A stretch of 63,959 nucleotides of DNA, the filler included, from an uncultured bacterium (lineage in GTDB: Bacteria > CAZSTA01), in the NCBI GenBank assembly GCA_964609495.1. It is 5 parts of 5 records of this genome, joined end to end, with 100 filler letters (N's around TTAATTAATTAA, not from the genome) between each part and the next. Parts side by side here need not be neighbours in the genome. Positions count along the whole stretch, not along the records: positions 1 to 13,447 come from CAZSTA010000095.1; positions 13,548 to 26,748 come from CAZSTA010000096.1; 3 more parts are not named here. One strand, given 5' to 3'. Each line of letters begins with the position of its first letter. Position 1 is the stretch's first letter. Below, in pieces: positions 9,746-18,836 of the stretch. A program made the translations under genes and the position numbers. The notes under the pieces are model-generated. The model was not told the origin of the DNA. It ran no database searches and saw only the letters and a program-made list of their open reading frames with translations.

Positions 9746-10966
9746 CTATCTAAATCTTAGTAAAGCCCCTATTCCGATTCCCTCCCCCATATTCCTCAGC
9801 TCAGCTAGAGCATCTGGATCGTGAACGAACTCAACCTCGCCACCCTGGCTAAGTGTTAAATCGACCATCTCACCTATCAGATCAGGAATAGGTTCAACCT
9901 TCTCACTACAGATCGGGCAATCCTGCTCGTTCGCATCGCTTACAAGGTAATTACATTTTCGACATATTCCGCCGGATAGAGTTAAATCTCCCTCTATTAT
10001 CAAAACCTGTACTTGCCCCTCTTGCAAGGCCATAAGAGTCATCTCTAAACCAGCTATACCATATCCAGTGGGAGATAACTCCTCCTTCAAACGAGCTACT
10101 ACTTCCCTCTCCCCAGCCCTCTCTGTTTCATCCTCCACTTTGTGAGATTCAGCCAAAACCTGTTTTATAGAGGAGTTATCGACATCGAGATGAAGATGAC
10201 CTACTACGAGTTTCTGAAGATTGCTGGGCAAAGTCCTTTCGAACTCTGAAGCTACTTCAGGTAGCGAACCACCGATTATCAGATGATTGAACCTTTCCTT
10301 TTTGAAAAGCTCCTTTACTGCCTCCACCACCCTCTTCAGGTGTAGGTGAACATGATACTCCTGATGTCTGTCTATCCTGCGTTCCGCTCTGCCAAACCAT
10401 CTACCCCATCCCCCTTCTTTTGCCTTGCCTGGAACATCGTCAAATACCTCCGAATACTCCTCGATCTTTCCCATATAGACAAGGAATATCCGAGCATTCT
10501 CCTTATTAGCTAAAACTACACAATAACGATGATATTCATCTAACAAATGCATTAACTCACGAGTATATGGGGTGACATCGACCCTTATCCCATTCCTAAC
10601 CGAATGAGGTAAACGATAGATCTGCCAGAAGTTCTCACCTGAGGAGGAGAAAATAGCAAGCCCCTTAGTGCCTCCTCTCTTCTTCATACTCAAATTTATA
10701 AAGTTCTCTATCTTCTTCAGATCATCTTCGATCGATTTCTGAACCTTTCTATCTAATTCGCTCTCCTTTAGGAATCCCTCCCTGATCTCTTTAATTAGAT
10801 TCTTAAGGTTGGTTTCATATTCCTCGGGCTTGGGATATTTCCCTCCATCAACATCAAGATAAAGGCTAGTTACTAAATATCCCTCTCCGCTCTCAAAATC
10901 ATTAAGTCGCTTCACCTGTTCTCGAGTAATAAGCTTTTCTTCTCCTTCAGAAACTCTCATTGCCAT
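9746..10966 (-). CDS. Bacterial archaeo-eukaryotic release factor (baeRF/eRF1-like) protein
   Basis: SLYLDVD, KGLAIF, ARIFLVYMGKI, LQEGQVQVLII, CRKC/CPIC Zn ribbon, GIGALLRF C-terminus. Confidence 0.85.
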   Translation of the reverse strand: MAMRVSEGEEKLITREQVKRLNDFESGEGYLVTSLYLDVDGGKYPKPEEYETNLKNLIKEIREGFLKESELDRKVQKSIEDDLKKIENFINLSMKKRGGTKGLAIFSSSGENFWQIYRLPHSVRNGIRVDVTPYTRELMHLLDEYHRYCVVLANKENARIFLVYMGKIEEYSEVFDDVPGKAKEGGWGRWFGRAERRIDRHQEYHVHLHLKRVVEAVKELFKKERFNHLIIGGSLPEVASEFERTLPSNLQKLVVGHLHLDVDNSSIKQVLAESHKVEDETERAGEREVVARLKEELSPTGYGIAGLEMTLMALQEGQVQVLIIEGDLTLSGGICRKCNYLVSDANEQDCPICSEKVEPIPDLIGEMVDLTLSQGGEVEFVHDPDALAELRNMGEGIGIGALLRFR

Positions 10967-11292
10967 TAACCATCACACTCCTCTGTTGACATCTCAATCT
11001 CTTATCAACAATTTACTTTCGATATCCCTTAACCGCTCTAATATTATGATATCCGTATTAACAACTTACCCTTTAAGTGATTTATAACATAATTCCCGAA
11101 ATTTGTCAAGCCCCTAAAAGAGACAGCTTATTCACTAACCTATGATATAATAGCCGAAGCTTATCTTCAGTAATTGCGACTAAAATAGCGCTGGGGAACC
11201 TCGGACCTCACCCTCATGATTGATTATTGAGATATTAGTAAGAATGACAAACTTATATCCCTATAGACATCGAATAGACTGAGTATGGCTAA

Positions 11293-12690
11293 TTGCCTAT
11301 ACTAAATGAGATTATCAAAATGAGTGCATTTTCCCTCAGAAATTTGATAAAATCTATATCATCTACATTTATAGTCAGGATTCCAAAGAAGAAGAGAAAG
11401 ATCGAGCTGATCTCTGATCTGGAGGCTAAAAGGTTAAGAGCTAAGCTTATCATAAGAACTAAAGGGACAGTTAAAGAAGTCCCAATAGATAGAGCAGTGA
11501 TAACCATAGGAAGGGGAAATGATAATGATATAGCTCTCCCTGATCATCGAATATCTCGGCATCACACTAAGATAGTTTTGCGAGACCATACCTTCTTCAT
11601 CAGTGATCTGGGAAGTGCTAACGGGACCTTTCTCAACTCCAAGAGAATTAAAGAAGCCGAATTGAGTAATGGAGACATAATATCACTGGGATATAATACC
11701 GCTAAACTCGAATATAGACAACAAATATATAAAGTGCCTGAAATCAGAAAAAGTGTGGAAATAGTAAGAGAGAAAAAGCCAGCTTCAGATCTCAAGGAGA
11801 TTCCCGCGATCTTGACTAAAACAACCATTTTTAATACCAAAAAGGTATTCCCCTTAACCGAGTTTATGACTACTTTAGGAAGAGATAGGACTAATAATAT
11901 AGTTTCCACTAATATAACTGTTTCCCGCTGGCATACTATGATTCTATATCATACGGATCGCTTTGTAATATATGATCTCAACAGCACTAATGGAACTTGG
12001 GTTAATGACAAGCCCATCAGTTGGCGAGAATTAGAGGATGGAGATAAAATAAAACTTGGCGATGGTGATGAATACCAATTCGAGCTTAAGAGGATACTGG
12101 AAGAGGCTGAGCCAGGAGATAACACCGTTCGGGTAAGACCTCAAATCCCAAGCTGGGAGCGGATGATCGAGTCTATAAAGATCGGCATATTAGTGAGTGG
12201 AACGAACAATCGGATAATCGTGATAAATAAATCAGCAGAGATATTACTAGAATTGCGAAGAGAACAACTTTATAACAACTATCTCTGGAACTTCCTCCCG
12301 ATACTTGCCTCCAGCCAAATAATGGAGACGATGGAGAGTTTTTCGGCTGGAGAGAGGAAGGAGAGGGTATTAACTCTAAATATCAATAATAGAGATCTGA
12401 AATGGGAGTTCTTCCCCTTCAGCGATAGGAGAGGATACTTAGGATCGATAATTATGATCGGAGAGAAGAAGGAAGGGGAAAGCGATTCCTCTCCAGAGGA
12501 AAACCATAGAGAAATGCTCTCCTCCAAAGAAACTGTAGAAAGATTAACTGATCTTATCATTCAGCAGTTCGATGCTAATTTGACCACCAGACAGCGAGAT
12601 TTCCTACGCGGTTTTATGGTTATAGAGATCAGCAGAATCTATAAAGACCTCCGCTGGAGATTCTTAAACGAACTTATCAGACCTCAATGA
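11293..12690 (+). CDS. Tandem FHA-FHA plus PAS-like domain protein (start uncertain, possibly 11320)
   Basis: Two FHA signatures ([30 protein letters not shown]); PAS-like INKSAEILL. Confidence 0.8.
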   Translation: MPILNEIIKMSAFSLRNLIKSISSTFIVRIPKKKRKIELISDLEAKRLRAKLIIRTKGTVKEVPIDRAVITIGRGNDNDIALPDHRISRHHTKIVLRDHTFFISDLGSANGTFLNSKRIKEAELSNGDIISLGYNTAKLEYRQQIYKVPEIRKSVEIVREKKPASDLKEIPAILTKTTIFNTKKVFPLTEFMTTLGRDRTNNIVSTNITVSRWHTMILYHTDRFVIYDLNSTNGTWVNDKPISWRELEDGDKIKLGDGDEYQFELKRILEEAEPGDNTVRVRPQIPSWERMIESIKIGILVSGTNNRIIVINKSAEILLELRREQLYNNYLWNFLPILASSQIMETMESFSAGERKERVLTLNINNRDLKWEFFPFSDRRGYLGSIIMIGEKKEGESDSSPEENHREMLSSKETVERLTDLIIQQFDANLTTRQRDFLRGFMVIEISRIYKDLRWRFLNELIRPQ

Positions 12691-13267
12691 CTCCCTTAGT
12701 ACTAGGTATGCTCTCGATCCGCTCGTCGATCTGAGTCGCCATATCCAAAGCCTTCGCTAGCGCTTTGAAGAGAGCTTCAGCTTTATGGTGATCGTTAGTT
12801 CCATACAATACCTGAGCATGGAGATTGATCCTAGATTCAAAAGCAAACGATTCTAAGAAGTGTCTGATTAAATCTGTTCCCAGCTCCCCGATCTTAGGTG
12901 TGGAGAACTCAGCCTCGATAACGGCATAAGGACGTCCCCCGATATCCACCGCGACTCGCGCTAAAGCCTCATCCATAGGGACATAAGCCCATCCCATCCT
13001 TTTAATACCCCTTTTATCCCCTAAAGCCTCGTTAAAGGCTTTTCCCAATACTATTCCCACATCCTCAACGGTATGATGTTCGTCTATCTCTAAATCTCCC
13101 TTCGCCTTTATGGTCAAGTCAAACAATCCATGCCTGGCAAAGGAGTTCAGAAGATGATCTAAAAATCCTACGCCAGTTTCTATATTTGCCTTTCCCCTTC
13201 CCTCTATGGTAAGATTGACCACTACCTGAGTCTCTCTAGTTTCTCTATTGATCGAAGATCTGCGCAC
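12677..13267 (-). CDS. hisB: Imidazoleglycerol-phosphate dehydratase
   Basis: [28 protein letters not shown]. Confidence 0.97.
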   Translation of the reverse strand: MRRSSINRETRETQVVVNLTIEGRGKANIETGVGFLDHLLNSFARHGLFDLTIKAKGDLEIDEHHTVEDVGIVLGKAFNEALGDKRGIKRMGWAYVPMDEALARVAVDIGGRPYAVIEAEFSTPKIGELGTDLIRHFLESFAFESRINLHAQVLYGTNDHHKAEALFKALAKALDMATQIDERIESIPSTKGVIEV

Positions 13268-13447
13268 TTATCTTAACCCCCCTAAAATAAAGCCTCAAGA
13301 TAGAGAACAATATCCCAACTCGCTCATTGCTCTTAGGAATTGATCACCTCCCTCAAATCTATCTTCCTTCTTTTATTTAACCGATCTAACTGCTATTCTA
13401 CCTTCCATCCACAAACCTCTCTCAACTCCTCCAGAAATATCCTATTA

Positions 13448-13547
13448 NNNNNNNNNNNNNNNNNNNNNNNNNNNNNNNNNNNNNNNNNNNNTTAATTAAT
13501 TAANNNNNNNNNNNNNNNNNNNNNNNNNNNNNNNNNNNNNNNNNNNN
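13448..13547. other. Artificial contig linker
   Basis: N-run/TTAATTAATTAA/N-run, 100 bp. Confidence 0.98.
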
Positions 13548-13590
13548 ATTCCTTATTTAAGTTGATTATAGATAAAACGGAGCAGTCACT

Positions 13591-13656
13591 ATTTCGTATA
13601 ACAAGTTATATCCGAACTTAGTTCGCATATCATTCCAATTAATCATTATATCCGAA
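13591..13656 (-). promoter_or_regulatory. attI-like recombination site
   Basis: GTTATACGAAAT core preceded by palindrome CGAACTAAGTTCG and direct repeat TTCGGATATAA x2, just 3' of an integrase end. Confidence 0.5.
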
Positions 13657-13684
13657 TCACTATGAAGTTATAATCTTATACTTA

Positions 13685-13801
13685 TCACCCCTTCAACTGT
13701 AAAGTATCCAAAGGATTTTTTATCTTACTCAATTCTCTATTACTTACATGTGTATATATCTCTGTTGTTTTAGAACTTTTGTGTCCCAATAATTCCTCTT
13801 G
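13685..13801 (-). pseudogene. Tyrosine recombinase (integron-like integrase) C-terminal fragment
   Basis: QEELLGHKSSKTTEIYTHVSNRELSKIKNPLD: catalytic H and Y box. Confidence 0.85.
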
Positions 13802-13874
13802 TTCCAACAGAAAGAACCAGGTGATGTCAATCGTTCTTGAGTCATTATCATCCTCAACAGCGTGATTTATATAT

Positions 13875-13903
13875 ATTATACCTCAATTCTTGGTGTATGT
13901 CAA
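13875..13903 (-). promoter_or_regulatory. Consensus sigma70 promoter inside the broken integrase
   Basis: TTGACA-N17-TATAAT, exact. Confidence 0.75.
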
Positions 13904-13918
13904 CGCTATTGAGAAAGA

Positions 13919-14080
13919 CTACCCCTTATCAAAAAATGATAGAATTTTTATTATAGCCCTGTCGGAAGAAGGAACACTCCAAGATTTGTCTTCAGGATGC
14001 CACTTATAATCACCAATAGTTTTAATCTTTGCAATATAACGTGGATCATAAGGAAATGAAACCTTTATTCTTTTTTTCGG
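13919..14080 (-). pseudogene. Probable N-terminal fragment of the same integrase
   Basis: IKVSFPYDPRYIAKIKTIGDYKWHPEDKSWSVP resembles the N-terminal extension of this integrase group; no start codon. Confidence 0.55.
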
Positions 14081-14214
14081 CTAGACCTAAAGGAACGAAA
14101 TGCTGAATCTGAGTTGGGGCATCAGCTCATGGGCTAGGTGATGTAAGACCACATGATATGGCTATCACTGCTTGATCCCAGAATCCCACGACTAAAGTCC
14201 TGGGAGTATGTCAA
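14081..14214 (+). mobile_element. IS200/IS605 right-end remnant (tnpB 3' tail/omegaRNA region), no ORF
   Basis: GTTGGGGCATCA...TGTAAGAC...GAATCCCACGACTAAAGTCCTGGGAGTATGTCAA: subterminal hairpin ending in TCAA. Confidence 0.7.
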
Positions 14215-14281
14215 TTTAGATAACGTTATATCTTCCCTCCGCCAGCTCTCCAATACTCTCCTTGCTTCTCCGATCGCTCTC

Positions 14282-15556
14282 CTACTTCGGAGATATCTTC
14301 TCTATTCCCCCTAAGCGATCTCGCAATACCTCGGGGATAATAACACTTCCATCAGGCTGTTGATTGGACTCCAATATAGAGACTAAAAGCCTAGAGGTAG
14401 CTAGACCAGAGCCATTTAAGGTATGAACGAATCTAGTCCTCCCTCCATCCTTAGGCCTGTAGCGGATATTCCCCCTTCGAGCTTGGAAATCCTCACAGTT
14501 GCTACAGGAGGAGACCTCATAATAAGCCTTTTGAGCAGGAAGCCAAACCTCCGCATCATAGGTCTTAGCCGCTTGCATTCCCATATCACCGGTAACCAGA
14601 AGAGTGATTCGATAGTATATACCTAACTTCTGAAGGATATCTTCCGCATCCCTAACCAACTTCTCCAACTCATCATAAGATGTCTCGGGAGTAGTGTATT
14701 TATACATCTCTACCTTGTTAAATTGATGAACCCTAATGAGGCCCCTTTCTCCCGCCCCATACGTTCCAGCCTCTCGACGGAAACATGCGGTATAAGCGGT
14801 GTAGCGGATGGGAAGCTCCTCCTCACTCAAAATCTCTTCTCGATGAAGGCCGGTCAACGAGACTTCGGAGGTAGGAATTATATATAATTCATCATCGCGG
14901 CATTTGTAGAGTTGCTCCTCAAATTTCGGTAGATTTCCCGAGGTGAACATAGTGTCCCTATTAACCAGATAGGGAGGTATGATTTGAATATACCCCTTAC
15001 TCATATTAATCTCCAACATAAGGTTGAGCAGAGCCATCTCCAATTGGGCCCCCAAGCCCCGATACATCGGGAATTGAGCCCCGCTGAGCTTCGCCGCTCG
15101 CTTGAAATCAAGTATCCCTAACTTCGTTCCTAGTTCCACATGGTTCTTTATAGGAAAATCAAACTCCCTCTTCTCCCCCCATTCCCTGACCACGATCTTA
15201 TCTTCCTTATTCTGACTCACTGGAACGCTATCGTGAGGGATGTTGGGGAGCATTGAGAGGAGATAATAGCTCCTCTCCTCCAATTCCCTGAGCTTAGCTT
15301 CCTTATCCTTTATGATCTGGGAAAGCTCCCTCATTTCTGCGATCTCAGAGGAGGCCTCCTTTCCCTCCCTCCTCAATTGAGCTATCCTCTCCGAGGCGCT
15401 ATTACGCTTGTTCCTGAGCGCATCCGTCTCCGTCGCCGACTTTCTTCGCTCCTCATCAACGCTCAGCAGTTCATCCAAGCTAATGCTAGGATCTCTACTA
15501 CGTAATTTCTTCTCTATCTCTTCGGGATTCTCTCGGATTAATCTTAGATCTAACAT
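14282..15556 (-). CDS. serS: Seryl-tRNA synthetase
   Basis: MLDLRLIR, FRREAG, GLIRVHQFNKVE, HTLNGSGLA. Confidence 0.97.
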   Translation of the reverse strand: MLDLRLIRENPEEIEKKLRSRDPSISLDELLSVDEERRKSATETDALRNKRNSASERIAQLRREGKEASSEIAEMRELSQIIKDKEAKLRELEERSYYLLSMLPNIPHDSVPVSQNKEDKIVVREWGEKREFDFPIKNHVELGTKLGILDFKRAAKLSGAQFPMYRGLGAQLEMALLNLMLEINMSKGYIQIIPPYLVNRDTMFTSGNLPKFEEQLYKCRDDELYIIPTSEVSLTGLHREEILSEEELPIRYTAYTACFRREAGTYGAGERGLIRVHQFNKVEMYKYTTPETSYDELEKLVRDAEDILQKLGIYYRITLLVTGDMGMQAAKTYDAEVWLPAQKAYYEVSSCSNCEDFQARRGNIRYRPKDGGRTRFVHTLNGSGLATSRLLVSILESNQQPDGSVIIPEVLRDRLGGIEKISPK

Positions 15557-15579
15557 TTATATTTCCCCTTCCTCGTCGC

Positions 15580-17499
15580 TTATCGATTTGACTGAGAAGC
15601 AGTCATCTTATTTTCCCAGATACTATACCATCTCTCCAAATCCCTCTGAAGAGCATCGAACTCCTGAGTCAACTGACGCGAGCGATCTGGATCTTTGTAT
15701 AACTCAGGATCATTAAGATCATCAGCCAAAGCCTCCATCGAACTTTCCAGAGCGGAGATTTTATTCTCAACCTCGGTCAAGGAGAAACGTTCTTTATCAA
15801 GGAGCTTATTCTCCCTAGTCGGCCTCTCCTTTTTCTTCCTATTAACTCTGCTCATCTCCTCGGCAAGTTGAGCCGCTTGTCTTCTCTCTTCTTCTTTTCT
15901 CTCTCTATAGTAGGTGTAATTACCAAGATACATCCTCACTCGCTTATTATCGATCTCGTAGATGCGATCGACTATCTTATCTAGGAAGTATCTGTCATGC
16001 GATACAACCAGGATCGTTCCCTCAAAGCTGGTGAGAGCTTCCTCCAAAACCTCCCTCGATTCGACATCTAAGTGATTAGTAGGCTCATCCATCATCAGGA
16101 AGTTGACGTTGGATAGCATCAATTTGGCAAGCATTATTCTGACCCGCTCTCCGCCGCTCAGCTCTCTTATCTTCTTAAAGACCTTATCACCGGTGAAGAG
16201 GAAGCCTCCCAAAAATTTACGTGCCTGAAGAGGATTCATCTCCTTTGTCCCCCTGATCTCATCTATAACCGCCCTATCGAGATTCAAATTTTCGTGTTCC
16301 TGATCGTAATGTCCGATTATAACGTTAGCCCCTAGATAAGCATCCCCGGAGGTGGGTTCTTCTAAACCAGCTATTATATTTAATAAGGTGGATTTTCCAG
16401 TGCCATTAGCTCCAATGATCCCCACCCTTTCACCATAGCGAACCAATATATTAACCTTTTCGAAGAGGAGATTGGAATCGAATTTTTTACTTAAATTCAC
16501 TACGCGCACCACGTCGTTGCCACTCCTCCTCTCGAAATCGAACCTGAGCTTTATTCGGCGACGTGGCTTTTTTGGCCTCTCAACTCTCTCTACCCTCTCT
16601 AAAGCCTTCATTCGGCTTTGAGCTTGCCTAATAGCCTTTACCCCGCGTTGCATATTAAGGCGAATAAATCCCTCCATCTTTTTAATCTCACGCCGTTGAA
16701 GTTCGTAATCCTTCTCCCTCTTGGCTAAACGTCCTCTTTTCTCCTGAACGTAATAGCTGTAATTACCTTTATACTCCTCGATATGATGAGCTTCGAGCTC
16801 CAGGATACGGATTACTATCTTATCTAGAAAGTATCGGTCGTGAGAAACTATCAAAACCGCTCCTTTATATTGCTGGAGAAATCCCTCTAACCACTCGACT
16901 GCTGAGATATCTAGATGATTAGTCGGCTCATCTAGAAGTAGGAGATCCGGCTCTTGCAGGAGAAGTTTAGCTAGATCAGCTCTGGTCTTCTCTCCTCCGC
17001 TGAAGGTCTCGATATTTCTTTTGTATTCATCGGGGGAGAATCCTAATCCACTCAATACCGTCTCTATTCTATGCTCGTAGGTGTATCCTCCTTTGACATC
17101 ATATTCCTCCACTAAGCGACCATATTCCGCCATAACTTCGCTTAGTTTTTCCTCATTCGAAGCGAAAAGAGCCATCCTTCTCTCCAGCTTGGAGAGATCC
17201 TTCTGCATAACCTTCAGGTGAGAAAATACCTTGCTCATCTCTTCAAAGAGGGTATTTCCAGAGGAGAAGCTAGGATCTTGAGTTAAATATCCGATAGTCA
17301 TATCCTTTTTGAATTTGACTACTTCTCCTCTCTCAAATTCCTCCGATCCCATAATTATTCGGAGGAGGGTGGTCTTGCCCGCTCCATTGGGACCTATAAG
17401 CCCTACTTTCTCTCCCCTCCTCAATATGAGAGAGATATCCTCCAGAACTACTTCTGGGCCATAAGCTTTATGAATCTCATTTAACTCTAATAAGACCAT
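15580..17499 (-). CDS. ABC-F family ATPase
   Basis: Two ABC domains (GPNGAGKTT, GANGTGKST, LDEPTNHLD/MDEPTNHLD), no TM segments, C-terminal coiled coil; start MVLLEL assumed. Confidence 0.92.
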   Translation of the reverse strand: MVLLELNEIHKAYGPEVVLEDISLILRRGEKVGLIGPNGAGKTTLLRIIMGSEEFERGEVVKFKKDMTIGYLTQDPSFSSGNTLFEEMSKVFSHLKVMQKDLSKLERRMALFASNEEKLSEVMAEYGRLVEEYDVKGGYTYEHRIETVLSGLGFSPDEYKRNIETFSGGEKTRADLAKLLLQEPDLLLLDEPTNHLDISAVEWLEGFLQQYKGAVLIVSHDRYFLDKIVIRILELEAHHIEEYKGNYSYYVQEKRGRLAKREKDYELQRREIKKMEGFIRLNMQRGVKAIRQAQSRMKALERVERVERPKKPRRRIKLRFDFERRSGNDVVRVVNLSKKFDSNLLFEKVNILVRYGERVGIIGANGTGKSTLLNIIAGLEEPTSGDAYLGANVIIGHYDQEHENLNLDRAVIDEIRGTKEMNPLQARKFLGGFLFTGDKVFKKIRELSGGERVRIMLAKLMLSNVNFLMMDEPTNHLDVESREVLEEALTSFEGTILVVSHDRYFLDKIVDRIYEIDNKRVRMYLGNYTYYRERKEEERRQAAQLAEEMSRVNRKKKERPTRENKLLDKERFSLTEVENKISALESSMEALADDLNDPELYKDPDRSRQLTQEFDALQRDLERWYSIWENKMTASQSNR

Positions 17500-17529
17500 C
17501 TTTATCGTCCGCTTCCGTGATATATAGTC

Positions 17530-17561
17530 AAAAAATACCTGCATTGATCATCCCTTGCAGG
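17530..17561 (-). terminator. Terminator-like hairpin in the ABC-F leader (possible attenuator)
   Basis: CCTGCA-N12-TGCAGG-TATTTTTT about 30 nt upstream of the start. Confidence 0.5.
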
Positions 17562-17660
17562 CTCTCCCTAGAACTTATAGGGATAACTCTAAACTATACT
17601 AGAGATTGCAAATAGCTCTAAATTTATAGTTAGCTCTTCTCCTGCTCTCCAATTTACACA

Positions 17661-17689
17661 ATTATAAACTAATCTTGGCTTTGTGTCAA
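17661..17689 (-). promoter_or_regulatory. sigma70 promoter for ABC-F/serS
   Basis: TTGACA-N17-TATAAT, exact. Confidence 0.8.
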
Positions 17690-17806
17690 GATATTTTTCG
17701 GTTGTGGTGTGTATAAATTGGGGACCTCGGAAACCCTAGCACTTGCACATCAGAAGCGTTTGTAGTATAATGTTATTATGATTAGATCGTTATTAAGGAT
17801 ACAGAT

Positions 17807-18283
17807 ATGAATAGAGCAGATTCCAAGCCTAAATTCTTTGCCGATTGTATGCTGGGTAAATTAGCTAAATGGATGAGGGTGATGGGATATGATACCCTAT
17901 ACTCCTCGGATTTAAATGATGCTGAATTAGTGCAGATAGCTCGAGCTGAAGGGAGAACAGTATTAACCAGAGATAGGCAGATGATCAAGCGTAAAAATGC
18001 CTCTTTTCTCTTTATCGAAAGCGAATACCTGGAGGAGCAATTGAAACAGATCATCCAAGAATTAGAGTTAGAACTTGACGATGCTCCCTTCACCCGTTGT
18101 GCTATCTGTAACACCCCTTTGGTAGAGGTGAACAAGGAAGAAGTTGAAGATAGCGTGCCTCCCTATGTCTTTTCCACCCAGGAGAAGTTTGCTAAATGTC
18201 CTATCTGTAATCATTATTACTGGCGAGGAACACATTGGGAGAGGATGAGAGAGATGCTTGATAAGATTAAAGGAGAGTTATAG
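17807..18283 (+). CDS. Mut7-C RNase (PIN-like plus Zn ribbon) domain protein
   Basis: FFADCMLGKLAKWMRVMGYDT, LTRD, RCAICN...CPICNHYYWRGTHW. Confidence 0.9.
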   Translation: MNRADSKPKFFADCMLGKLAKWMRVMGYDTLYSSDLNDAELVQIARAEGRTVLTRDRQMIKRKNASFLFIESEYLEEQLKQIIQELELELDDAPFTRCAICNTPLVEVNKEEVEDSVPPYVFSTQEKFAKCPICNHYYWRGTHWERMREMLDKIKGEL

Positions 18284-18342
18284 AACATGGGTTGAAGCCT
18301 CTTATCATCAGGCTAGGGGATGAAGAGTCATTATTTGATAAG

Positions 18343-18572
18343 TAAGCATGTAAAAGTTTGTGCTAGCAGATTTTAAGTAGCTTTTCGCTAGGGAGTTCAA
18401 GATATAAATCCCCCCTCACCCTGGCCCTCTCCCACGAGGGGAGAGGGAACATCGAGATAGAGCTTAAGTCTATGCTTCGCCCTATTTCTCGTCCCCCCTC
18501 CCTCGATGGGAGGGGGATAGGGGGAGGGTGATTTAATGGGAGTTCAATTTCCCAGCACAAAGTTTACATCTT
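18343..18572. repeat. REP-doublet element with imperfect outer inverted repeats
   Basis: Hairpins CCCTCTCCC-ACGA-GGGGAGAGGG and CCCCCTCCC-TCGAT-GGGAGGGGG; outer TGTAAAAGTTTGTGCT / AGCACAAAGTTTACA. Confidence 0.75.
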
Positions 18573-18591
18573 ACATTTGATAAAAAAACGC

Positions 18592-18620
18592 TTGACAATT
18601 TCGCATACTTATCTTATACT
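18592..18620 (+). promoter_or_regulatory. sigma70 promoter of the sugar ABC operon
   Basis: TTGACA-N17-TATACT. Confidence 0.7.
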
Positions 18621-18836
18621 ATATATAACTGCATAGGTTGTTCCTTATTGATCTTTGCTGATAAATCAGGAAAGAGAAAGTTGGCATAAGCTAACTTCTG
18701 CCACAAGGTTTGCCTCGTTCTGTGTCACACTTTAGTTGAGGGATGGACATAAAAATGGAAAGGAGGGATTTTAAGAAGAAAAGACTTCTCGATAATTAAA
18801 TTTTACTATTCTAAAAAAGAGGAGGTATTTTCACAG

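Noticed and set aside
13390-13447. Possible 3' end of hisC (NRIFLEELREVCGWKVE*)
   Set aside because: Plausible by position but too short to support.
13448-13547. TTAATTAATTAA palindrome within N-runs (four times), and ORFs ending in XXX-LIN
   Set aside because: Artificial all-frame-stop linker; links across these joins, such as hisB next to the integrase, are meaningless.
18363-18560. 65-aa ORF (and the 53279-53587 ORF)
   Set aside because: Translations of REP repeats (PSPSWERARVRG-type) or antisense to galK; not credible genes.
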